The notes beneath the pieces are model-generated. The model saw only the letters and a program-made list of their open reading frames with translations. It was not told where the DNA came from and ran no database searches. Both the position numbers and the translations under genes were made by a program. Positions 26,713 to 38,029 of a stretch of 64,000 nucleotides of DNA are shown here, piece by piece. Every line of letters starts with the position of its first letter. Position 1 is the stretch's first letter. Source of the DNA: Euprymna scolopes (Eukaryota); assembly GCA_053919585.1 (NCBI GenBank), contig CM132785.1, one strand, 5' to 3'.

Positions 26713-28416
26713 CAAAGCCGAACTATTGCCCAAGAACATTGCAGCTAATTCTTCCCTATGCGAAGAAGACCATCAATTTCCTGTACTCCCTCGTATAACA
26801 GACAACACGCTATGCAACATACAAATATCTGTGCGTGAGGTCGCTAAGCTAAACAAGAACATTGATTTCAGTAAAGCAAATGGCCCTGATGGCATTCCAA
26901 TTAGTGTTGAAAAACGCTTCAACCGTAACTTCCCCCATACTTACAAAACTGTGTATGCGTTGCCTCTAGCAGTAGTGCTTCAGAACACCTTGAAAAAAAC
27001 TCATCAGTATGCCATGTATTTAAGAATTCAGGTGATAAGTAATCTCCCTCTCAGTACAGACCAATAAGTTGATTGAATCCATATTAAATAAAGAAGTAGG
27101 CAACCACCTTACCAGAAATAACATTCTTAGTAACATGCAATATGCTTTCCGTTCTGCTAGATCTACAACATATGTGCTAACGATTATATCTCATAGGATT
27201 AGCGACAAATGATTCGTTTCTGTGGCAATTGCTCTTGACATATCAGAGGCCTTCGATAAGGCATGGCATAAGGGTCTACTCACAAGATTTCCAGCTACGG
27301 TATAACTGGAAATGTTTTCTCAATCATTAAACCATTTCTCTCTAATAGGTTCATAAGAGTAGTGGTTGATGGACGGAAATCAGAGGCCCTTGTTTTTATT
27401 CTGGAGTCCTTCAGGGGTCAACACCGGGCCAAAATCTCTTCCTGATCGTCATCAATTATCTCCTAAAACACACAAATCATTCGTTGACAGCTATGCTGAT
27501 GAAACGACCATCTATGTCAACACATCAAATCCGTACATGACAAGATTCTCTCTGATTCCCTCTCCTCTGGTCTTGAGCGAGTGGTACAGTGGGGGAAGAG
27601 GTGGTTTGTTACTTTTAATGCATCCAAAACCAAGTTCCTATCTTTACGTCATCAACTCTCTGATCTCCATCTGGCATCAATTGAAATAGACGCCACTCGT
27701 CTTGGGAGGTTCCATGTTTTGACAAGCTTCTGGGATTGATTTTTACTCCTGATCTGAAATGGAACACGTACATCAAGGCAGTTGCCAAGGTTGCTGGAAA
27801 ACTGGTAGGGTCCTTCTACTGCTGCAGAAGATATATCACGGCTGATGCTATTCTTTGTCCATATAAAAGCCAAGTACTCAAAGGATGAAGTACTAAAAAC
27901 AGCCTATCCTGCCTTGAGAGAGTACAAAATATACTTCGTGGATTAGTGGGGGATGGTCTTTTCTCTTCCCGGCAACCTCTTTCTCACAGAAATACGTTGC
28001 GAGTCTGTCTTTGTTTTATCGTCATTTCCATTGCAAATGCTCGTCTGAGCTCCAATATCTGGTCTCCCTCGCCAATATTTTACGAAAAACACCCGTCTAG
28101 CTGAACGCACTATCAATATTTTTCCCCACTCTTTATCTGTTCTTAAATCAAAACGTAGATTCCATGAACAAAGCTTCTTTCTTAGTAGAAGTGCACGCCT
28201 GGTGAACTCTGTTCCGTTTGCCTGTTTCCCACCTCACTACAACTTGGATGTCTTCAAGTCCAGCATAAACAAATTCCTGATTAACCACCCCCTTAAGTAC
28301 GACACTTTATCAAATCTCCAATACTAACGGTTGCTACGATATTATCACATTGATTACTGTACACAAAATAACCCTTATCCTCGAGTAGCTTCCGGGCTTT
28401 ATAAGTGGTGTAAAAA
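26713..28416 (+). mobile_element. CR1-clade LINE family A, 5'-truncated, decayed
   Basis: KANGPDGIP, DISEAFDKAWH, YADE and TPDLKWNTYIK; homologous to 39852-41600. Confidence 0.92.
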
Positions 28417-30375
28417 TACCTTAGAAACTTCAGTGTGAATCTCTTTTGAAAATATGAGTACCCGTTTTACACAGGGATAGTTGTGTTGATTTTGAAATAT
28501 CTAGATCTGGTAAAATGAAAAACGGTTACATTGACTCAGTGTTCCTATTAATTGTATTACAATACCTTGCATGGATGTTAGGATTACTTTTTATTCTTGA
28601 ATCCATTCTTATTTCTATTCTCATTCATTTTTATTGAATGCACTTGCTATTGATTCGGTAGTTACGTAGCATTATTCTATTATTTATTTAATTACATTAT
28701 TCCTGGGCATTTTTGATAAATTTTAATATTCGGGTACGTCTTTATGAGCGTATTTTTTTGTAAGTTTTCATAATGTGTTTTTTATATATTCACTTATTCT
28801 CAGTCGTTATACTCACTCACGTTTCTATTCACATATTCTTTTTTTCCTCAGATACCTTCCCTTTATTCTCTACTTACGATCTGTCTATATATATTTCTTT
28901 TTTTCTGCTTTCGGTTATTATTTTATTTTTTACTTAGCATTACCACTAACAAGTTATCACGCAACTTTTGCGTAAGTGCCTACTATTAAAACCATGTCTC
29001 CGAAAGATTAAGAAAATGTAAGTTTTACGTAACATTTAAAGTTCTGGATATACGTACAATCAGGGAAGCATGTAGCATGAATGGAATTCAAAAATCTTGT
29101 TTTTAGAGGGAATATATAATTAGAATAAAAAGATTTCTATTATTAAGGGACTTCAACAGTGAAGGGATGAGACGTTGTTGTTAAGCGGATTGGTCAGGGG
29201 ATATCAACATCTAGCGGGCAAACATGCAATGATATCACCGTTTAAAATATCTGTAAAGATATTGTTTAAAATATATGTAAAACAGACACAGCGATACAAC
29301 ATTGCAATGTGGGATGACGGTTTGTGCTTAGTTGAAAATTGGGGTCTATTAGATTGAAAATGTACTTTGAACCCTATTCAAAATTGAGCGTCTTGTAAAT
29401 GCACCAGCCCAAATGTGGTAACAATGCTGACACTGAAGAAGTACAGAATACTCTAAGGTGCCAGCATTTTTCTAGCTGGATAGAGTGAACTTCCCTTTTT
29501 GCAGCAGTCTTCCCAATGTCCGCAATGTATTTCTCATCTTTTGTATCATCGTTCATTCTTTCCGCTGTCTTAGTCATTCGATTTACCATATTTCTCTTCT
29601 CTTCGTTTTTTCATCCGCATCCCCATCTATTTCGCCTGATTATTCTCTCGACATCAGTGACATATTTCCCACCTGCAGAATCAATTACTTTTCTTTACGT
29701 ATCTTTTTATTACATTCTTCTTTTTTACGATTCGCTCTTTAAACATTCCACCATTGGTTTGATCTTTGAAATGAGAGGATGACATTCAACTGAGTGACAT
29801 CAAGAATAAAACAAAAGTATTGCAATGCACTAAGTGAAAGACTTGCTGGGCAAAATATTGCCGCCAGTTCTGATTGAAACTAAGGATAGGTTCGTTCTAT
29901 TGAGTTCCGTTAGCTTTTCGAACACCTAGCAATTCACTGCCTTATAAAAAAGTAAAAAAAATGTAAAGAAACAGAAAATGTAATCAGAACAAAGACAAAG
30001 TCAAGGAAATAATTGAAATTTTAGCCCCGGTTATTTTATTGAAAGAAAAGCAAATATTGCAAGCATCTTTTTGTATCTGCATCTCTTATTATCTGGAAGG
30101 CAAAGATACTCATGAGAAGACATTCATTAACAAAAGAAAAAAGGCAAAACTAGCTTATTGAAAGGATTTACTTTAGAAATACAAGCATCAATGATTATTA
30201 TAAGTTGTTTATTTTTCAGCTATCCTCTTCAAAGTCTTGCGCCTGTAGATAAAAATAAAAGTTTTTCTTCCAGCCTTGTGCAAAAAGATTCGACATCGTT
30301 TGTTAATTCAAGGACATACAACTATACAAATTCGTTGTCGTAATGATGCTATATAGTTTATCTTCCTCTCCACAC

Positions 30376-30430
<55 letters not shown>

Positions 30431-30519
30431 GTCCGTAAAGTTACTATACAGTCTTATTGTTTTATTGTATTATATTTGTATTAATAGTTAATATAAATAA
30501 TAAAATGTTAATATTAATA

Positions 30520-30586
<67 letters not shown>

Positions 30587-30589
<3 letters not shown>

Positions 30590-30833
30590 CGATAACAATT
30601 AGATCATTCTCTGACTGACGTAAATGAACATTTAAAATAAAAATGTTTTAATTCGACGTTATTTCACGCGGTTAATGGTAGCCTAATTGATTAGGTATTC
30701 GCTAAACCGAACCAGAGATGTCTCGTGATGCGGGGTTCGAATCGTTCGACTGGTATTAATCCTGACACCCTGCACTGAAGATTCCCGAATGGACGAAACA
30801 CTAGTGTCTGTAGGTGTTTAATAATTATTATAG

Positions 30834-30835
<2 letters not shown>
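30587..30835 (+). mobile_element. ~250-bp tRNA-head + HHR unit inserted in (TA)n
   Basis: Starts AAGCGATAA; A box-like TAGCCTAATTGA 30679-30690; B box GGTTCGAATC 30734-30743; HHR 30765-30817; (TA)n on both sides. Confidence 0.78.
30765..30817 (+). ncRNA. Type I hammerhead ribozyme, palindromic stem III, GUC site
   Basis: ACACCCTGCA-CTGAAGA-TTCC cgaat GGAC-GAAA-CACTAGTG-TC-TGTAGGTGT; first pair of stem II is mismatched. Confidence 0.82.
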
Positions 30836-30901
<66 letters not shown>

Positions 30902-31009
30902 GATACGTTTGAAGCTGAAACAGGGCATTATTACAAAAGAAACAGATATTTATTTTGTTTGGAATTCATATAAGGAACACAACGTATTTTTATAAGAGAC
31001 ACACATCTA

Positions 31010-31052
<43 letters not shown>

Positions 31053-31282
31053 GTATAGTTGTTAATCATTCAACGAATTAAAAATGTATGACGTGAATGA
31101 GTTTCCATTCAAGCTAATTGTTGGATTATTTTATTCTGATATATATATATATATATATATATTAAGTAATGTGATTTATAATTTCAAATTTAAAAATTTA
31201 AAAAAATTTTTTAAATTTAAAAATCAAATTTTAATTAAATTAAAAATCAGTTTCATAAGAAGGAACAACAACAAAATCAATT

Positions 31283-31391
31283 ATCTGTACGATCGTTTCG
31301 GAAAACAGTGCTTTTTATTGTGGTATACATCAAGTTATGTAGAACAATTATATATAGTTTTTTGGTAAGCAAGGTCTCCTCATCAGCAAAT
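31283..31391 (-). ncRNA. Type I hammerhead ribozyme in 3' pseudo-LTR, intact core, long stem II
   Basis: Minus strand ATTTG-CTGATGA-GGAGAC...TGCTT...AAGCA...GTTTTCC-GAAA-CGATCG-TA-CAGAT. Confidence 0.78.
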
Positions 31392-31765
31392 TTAGGAGGG
31401 TTTTGATTGAATTTAAAAGACACCATAAATAAACCTAGCATTAAAAGTAAGGCAGATGAATCTGAAAAATTGAAACAAAAGGTTTGGATTTTAAATTTAT
31501 CAGAAAATTAATATGAGTTAGAGATAGAAATAAGTAGAGAAAAATATATATTTTTGAATTTACATAATAAATTTGATTTAAAAATATATAGAGATATTTG
31601 CCTTTTAATTTTTCTTTTTTTGAAATCAGGAACTGTGTTTAAAGTAGTCATTTAGATGTTTTCTATAGCTTTTTATCTTATTGAATGATGAATTTAAAAA
31701 GGGGGACGCTCGTGCGATAAATTGTTTCCGTTAGCGTATTTTTGATTTAAAGACGCTACAGTTTA

Positions 31766-31823
<58 letters not shown>

Positions 31824-32009
31824 ATATGTGTATTACAAGTTTTAAGGGGAGATAATTGTCATGTGTTCTTGACTTTATTTATTATTTATTTTACGGGTCT
31901 AAGGGAGGTAATTAGTCTAACTTAATTTATTAAAAAATAATCACAATTGTAATCTATTTTTACTAATAAGTAATTTTTAATGATTTAAGGTGGTTTATAT
32001 TTATTAAAT

Positions 32010-34504
32010 TTAAACCAACATTTATGACTACATGTCAGAAGCTCATGTCTTGAATTTAATAGTTTGGTTGTACTTTTTATATCTTCATATTTTAAAATTT
32101 TTAGGGTCTCTTTTGTACATAGTGCACAAAATTTATCTCCTGGTTTATATGATTTGCATGTCTCAATTATTTGTCATTTTAAGTTGAAAGAAATATTGCT
32201 ATTTTTTAGTTGCCAAATATAGTTGGATAGAGTAGTTGGTTTTGATAGAGAGTTATTTTTAAAAGAATGTTTGTGCGTTGAAATTCTATGTTTTATTAGG
32301 CTAGATATGGAAGCAATATATATTACCTCTTGATTGTTGTGATTATTTTCCGTTAGGTCTATTGTTGGATTATTATGTGGTGGGTTGATTAGTAATTGAT
32401 CGGTAGATTGATTTAAGTTGGTGTTATTATTTAATCTGGTAGTTGAGTTATGGCTGTTAATAGGTTCATGTAGATTTGGAGTTTTTGATACTGTGCAGCT
32501 ATAGATAACATTTTTAATTTTACATGAGCCTTGTAGGGGGCATTTATTTTTTCTTCTACAGTTACAGTCCGATGTATTTTGTATAGTTGTATTTTGTAGT
32601 TTTTTAATTTTCTTATTATTAGAGCTAATTATTTTCTGATGAAGGTTAGGCATAGTAGAGTAAGAGACTTTAATTGCGTTCTTATTGAAAATTTTATTAT
32701 ATCTATGGGAGGGGGCTTTAAATTTGTTATCTAATATTTGAAAAAAATTCTCTGGCTATGTTTGTTTCTAGGTTTTTGGAATATGGAGGGTTGACCCATA
32801 GGATCTCCTTGTGTCTATTCTTACGTTTACGGGTTTTGGTTTGCTGTTTATTTGTATTATTATCTAATATTTGTAGTTTGGTTTTATCATTTTTGGTCTC
32901 TTGGTTATTTTTCTTAACTCGTATACGGGAGGACATTGCCATATTTTATGTTATTACGCTCTTAATATGTTTATTTTAATGCAGTTTATGTTTCTATCAT
33001 TTTTATTTATGAATTTAATTTGTGAATTATATCCAGAGTTTTTAAGGGCCTCATTATAGTATTTTTCATTTTTGGTAAATATGGATTTAGTAGAAGACAG
33101 TCTAGAAATTCTTAAAGCGATATTGGGAACTATTGATTTTCATATTGATTTAGGGTGGTTTGATTGAGTGTGGACATATAGAAGTGATTGGTTAGGTTTA
33201 TGGTATAGTTCAAAGGTAGAATTCTCGAGATTTAAGGTTATGTCTATGAAATTAACAATTTTTTTTATTCGGGTCGATTTTTATACTAAGTCCATAATTT
33301 TTAAATAATTTATGTAGAGCTTTAATTGCTTTTTCATAATTTTTATTAGTAGAATTAGTTATGAAAAGTGCATCATCTCTATATAGCCCTCCTTCAAGTT
33401 TGAATTGTTTATGGAGTATACAATGTATTTCATGTAAAAGGAACAGGTCAACTAGATCAGAGACCTGAGTCGAGTCCGTCGATCACATTAAAATGTTGAA
33501 GTGGTTAGGGGGTATTTTTCCTGGTCCAATATTTATTATAAAATGTTATTAAAGACTGTCTAGCTATAAGTATTAGTTTAATTTCGTCTTGAGTTATATT
33601 AGTTAATTAATAGAGATTTATTAAGTAAGATAGGTGATATAGATTGGTAATATGATTCAATGTCAAAAGAAAGAAATTTAATATTATTTTTATTTTGAAT
33701 ATTAGAAAACCAGTCGATTACTTGGTTGGAAGATTGCCATAGTGGGTATTTTATTATGGATTTAATTTTGGGGATAATTCTATCTAATATGTTTTTACTA
33801 ACCAGTCCTATATCTGATTTCGAGGGGCAAATGAGTCTAAAAGTAGGGTTAATATTAAAGCTGTGTTTGTGGTCTTTTAAAGTAAATCTCGGGGTACCTG
33901 GTACCGTTATTTCTGTGTATTTATCTATTTTAAGTTTAGTTAAAATGTTTTTTGCATCATTATTTATTTTATTTAGTGCTGATTTATTTGTAGTTTTATA
34001 ATTTTTATTAAGTTCTTTATATATTAGATTTTTATATTGTATATAGTCCATTGTGTAGAAATTTCCAGTTTTATCTGCCGGTACTATGAGTTTATTTTGG
34101 TGGCTTATAGAAATAGATTTTGAAAATTTATTTATTTTTTTAAGTGTTGGAGTGATATATTTTTTATTTTTCTTAAATTTAATACTTTTAATCAAGTTGA
34201 TTAAGTCATTTTCAAAATTTACAGTGTCAATGTTTCTCTTAGGGTTTTGGTATGTTTTTAGTCTGTAGTATTTCGCTGCTTTTCTTTCTTCATTGTCTTG
34301 TCTGAGGGTGGTTTCTTTTATTTCTCCAGGTTGGTGGTGTATTGTATCTGTGGTTTCATTTTGGTAATTATCAAAATGGTAGGCTTTCCATCTCAAGTTC
34401 CTTATAAATATATTTATACTTGTAATTAAGCTGGTTATAAAGGTGTCTTTAGGGGGTATAGGGATGCATTTGGTTGATAATTGCAAGTCCTTCTTATGAA
34501 ACAT
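32010..34504 (-). pseudogene. PLE RT-endonuclease ORF, disrupted
   Basis: ADKTGN, TLKDHK...FRLICPSKSDIG, FLSFDIESYY, GLYRDDA (~33370-33390), WVNPPYS, CNCRRKNKCPLQGSC, VIY...YIA, CALCTKE, LLNSRHE; several stops and frameshifts. Confidence 0.9.
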
Positions 34505-34831
34505 ATATACAATTACGTATATAAACTCAACCTGTTATAGGGAGCTAATAATTTAAAGGAAATTAGAACAATAGTCTAAAGAGCTGAGTGTATTTTTATG
34601 TAACAGTGAAATTACTAGTTTAATTAAAATACAGGAAATAGAAAGTGTTCGTTGTATTTTAGATATATAACAAGCTCGATAGTTAAATGTTCTAGAGCTA
34701 ATTCAATATTAAGTAATGTGATTTATAATTTAAAATTCAAAAAATTAAAAAAAAAATTAAAAATTTAAAAATCAAATTTTAATTAAATTAAAAAATCAGT
34801 TTCATAAGAAAGAACAACAACAAAATCAATT

Positions 34832-34940
34832 ATCTGTACGATCGTTTCGGAAAACAGTGCTTTTTATTGTGGTATACATCAAGTTATGTAGAACAATTAT
34901 ATATAGTTTTTTGGTAAGCAAGGTCTCCTCATCACCAAAT
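34832..34940 (-). ncRNA. Hammerhead in 5' pseudo-LTR, core mutated (GUGAUGA)
   Basis: Same as 31283-31391 except C to G at the first core position. Confidence 0.65.
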
Positions 34941-35079
34941 TTAGGAGGGTTTTGATTGAATTTAAAAGACACCATAAAGGTCTCCTCATCACCAAAAATG
35001 ATTGAATTTAAAAGACACCATAAAGGTCTCCTCATCACCAAATTTAGGAGGGTTTTGATTGAATTTAAAAGACACCATA
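34920..35079. repeat. Triplicated 57/46/57-bp unit containing the 5' half of the HHR
   Basis: AAGGTCTCCTCATCACCAAA...GACACCATA at 34920-34976, 34977-35022 and 35023-35079; single copy in the other pseudo-LTR. Confidence 0.9.
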
Positions 35080-35837
35080 AATAAACCTAGCATTAAAAGT
35101 AAGGCAGATGAATCTGCAAAATTGAAATAAAAGGTTTGGATTTAAAATTTATAAGAAAATTAATACGGGTTAGAGATAGAAATAAGTAGAGAAAAATATA
35201 TATTTTTGAATTTACATAATAAATTTGATTTAAAAATATATAGAGATATTTGCCTTTTAATTTTTCTTTTTTTGAAATCAGGAACTGTGTTTAAAGTAGT
35301 CATTTAGATGTTTTCTATAGCTTTTTATCTTATTGAATGATGAATTTAAAAAGGGGGACGCTCGTGCAATAAATTGTTTCCGTTAGCGTATTTTTTTATT
35401 TAAAGACGCTACAGTTTATATATATAGAGAGAATATATGTGTATTAAAAGTTTTAAGGGGAGATAATTGTCATGTGTTCTTGACTTTATTTATTATTTAT
35501 TTTACGGGTCTTAGGGAGGTAATTAGTCTAACTTAATTTATTTAAAAAATAAAATAATAATTGTAATCTATTTTTACTAATAATAATTTTTAATGATTTA
35601 AGGTGGTTTATATTTATTAAATTTAAACCAACGTTTATGACTACATGTCAGAAGCTCATGTCTTGAATTTAATAGTTTGGTTGTACTTTTTATATCTTCA
35701 TATTTTAAAATTTTTAGGGCCTCTTTTGCACATAGTGCACAAAATTTATCTCCTGGTTTATATGATTAGCAAACTAGTAATTTCACTGTTACATTAAAAT
35801 ACACTCAGCTCTTTAGACTATTGTTCTAATCTCCTTT

Positions 35838-35871
<34 letters not shown>

Positions 35872-35873
<2 letters not shown>

Positions 35874-36021
35874 AGCAAATAATTAATAAAACATGTAAAA
35901 ACATTTTGTAAAAGACTTAAAACATATTTCATTTGAAAGGAAGCATTAAATAAGTGCATAGTCCTTAATCCGCGGAGTTTCGAAGAAATGCTCCCCTACT
36001 CATCAAAGGGTAGGATTTAGC
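35872..36021 (-). mobile_element. HHR-bearing repeat family C, copy 3 (HHR 35963-36009, core UUGAUGA)
   Basis: Minus strand CCT-TTGATGA-...TTCTTC-GAAA-CTCCGCGGAT-TA-AGGAC; 3' end abuts (TA)n 35842-35871. Confidence 0.72.
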
Positions 36022-36340
36022 TCGGTAAGTACTCTGGTGGTTTATCACGGGACTACCGAACCCTTGACAATTTTATGCAGGATTTTTATCGCTTATAAAT
36101 GTTTAATTTTTATATATTTATTTTTTTTTATTGGCGATTAATTTCTTACATTTTATTTCGCCCCTTGCGCGTTTTTATTACAAGAAAAACTACTTATCGA
36201 GCCATTGTAGGTTCGATCCTTGTCAATAAAATCTAGCTATACTGATGAAGAGTATACTCTGTAACATGCATGTATAGCGATTAGTTACTTTTATGCACGT
36301 AGTAATTATTAATTATTAATTAATAATTAATATTTAAATA
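36021..36340. mobile_element. tRNA-head + HHR unit split by an inversion
   Basis: Minus part (36185 to 36021): ATTTATAAGCGATAAAAAT, A box-like TAGTCCCGTGATAA, ending TACTTACCGAG. Plus part starts TACTTATCGAG (36191), then B box GGTTCGATCC 36210-36219 and a degenerate HHR. Confidence 0.65.
36236..36278 (+). ncRNA. Type I hammerhead ribozyme, degenerate
   Basis: GCTATA-CTGATGA-AGAG tata CTCT-GTAA-CATGCATG-(UH missing)-TATAGC. Confidence 0.6.
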
Positions 36341-37987
36341 AAATAAACAAGTAAATGCGTCTTAAAATGTGGGCGAAGAACAATGTAAAGAACGAGAAAC
36401 ATATGTATCATAATTGATCAAAGCTCAAACTTCAATTGTATCTCATGTGCACATTATTCCGAATGTGAATTTTTTGCACAATCGCCACACGGAACATTTA
36501 CCCTGTGAAGCCTACACACCAGATTTTTCTAAAATTCGTTTGAATTTTTAGACAGTAATGTGTATTTCGTCTTCAAATGTGTCCGTGAAATTATAGTAAA
36601 TGAATATATGCGGCAGTTAAAACAGTGAAGTTGTTAAACTTTTCAGAAATCCACTTCTCCGTTTCCCTGTATAAGTGACAGGAAAATGATTTGTTTCTGC
36701 CACACTTATTGTATTTTACAGTTGACTTTGCACCCAATGCTAAGTAAAAATCAACAACAATAAATATAGATAGCAGAATTAACTCCTGTCACGAAGGTTT
36801 AAATATGGATTTTTGTTTTATGATGAAAACACGCGAAAGGACTATTAAAGTTCCGAAATTCTGAAGACCCCTCCCGTGTATTTTTTGGATGGTATATATA
36901 ACGGCATCGGAACGTGTATGTTATAATCTTTCTGTATAACATAGAGGGGTCTATATTATGTACGTATATCTTAGTCGTGACTCGTCCAGTAATTTTAACA
37001 CAATCCTGGTTTGGAACCGCTGCTGGTTGAATAGCCCACCAGATTACCGGAAGTAAAATTTGACACAATTGTCAATGTCGCGAAATGCGTTTTGAAACAA
37101 AATGGAAAATAACAGAGCAAAGACTACAGGTACAATTACACACTCTTCTCTGGTCCTTCTTGCATATCAAATGCATCTGACCTCATTTGACAGAACTGTG
37201 GCTTTCATGCCTTTATTTAACACCGTAATCACATTGAGCATATATATTCCGCATGTCAAGCTTCCATTACAGCTTACGACGATAAACATATTTAAATAAC
37301 AGACATGTTACAGAAATGAAGAAGAACAATTCTTTGGGGTATTAACGTCGGGTCAATCAGAGAAAAACAATGCGGTTCGTTCTTGATTTTGTTTGACAAA
37401 TGCTCAAAAGGAGATTCAAAGAGGATTTCTCCTAATAAATCAAAACAATCTCTCGTTGTTTTGGACTATGCAATTCACCCGTTTTTTTAAACCTCTACCT
37501 AATTCCACGATACTTGAAAATGATCCCTATTTTAAAATTAGAATTAGTGTTCTACATTCTTTAATTTTAAAATATAAATAATTTATACTTTAAAGATTGA
37601 TTTTGCTTTCATAACATTCTGTATTAATTAATATTACTACGATCATAACAATCATCGACTCGTAATATCTTCAACGTTTCCCTGACAATATCTAAGACTG
37701 GCCTTATAAATATCTTGTATTTCACTTAATTTTTCGAACCATCTTATTATCTCTCATCAACCATTGCTATAGAGAAAACGCATATATTATGTATAAAAGG
37801 TTTGTATACGTAAGTAGTCAATTTTGAATTAAGTGTGAAATGCATGCACGATGAATATATAAGCTAAGGAAAATATATGGTTTACCTATACATATACATA
37901 GGGACATGGAATAAAATATAGTGACAGTATTTGAGTCGATCTTTTAAAATCATTGGAAGTAATAATCTATTTAAAAGCACAAAAATG

Positions 37988-38029
<42 letters not shown>

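Larger units (their letters stand above)
30378..31161. repeat. Five (TA)n tracts separated by short unrelated inserts
   Basis: (TA)n at ~30378-30426, 30523-30586, 30836-30898, 31013-31048 and 31139-31161. Confidence 0.9.
31161..35843 (-). mobile_element. Near-full-length Penelope-like element (RT + C-terminal GIY-YIG, Nematis-like) with pseudo-LTRs
   Basis: Direct repeats 31161-~32158 and 34708-~35771; 35772-35843 is an inverted copy of 34549-34620; flanked by (TA)n. The clade call rests on motif recall only. Confidence 0.92.

Noticed and set aside
29423-29470. Hammerhead at CTGAAGA (29433)
   Set aside because: Stem II is present but is followed by CTAA, with no stem III or UH site; folds as a simple hairpin.
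30378-31161. CRISPR-like repeat-spacer array
   Set aside because: Repeats are variable-length (TA)n, spacers are 90-250 bp, context is eukaryotic and there are no cas genes.
32174-32176. In-frame TGA in the PLE endonuclease as selenocysteine
   Set aside because: It falls at an expected Trp (K-W-Q-I), the ORF has other lesions, and selenoprotein PLEs (Naiads) have an N-terminal endonuclease.
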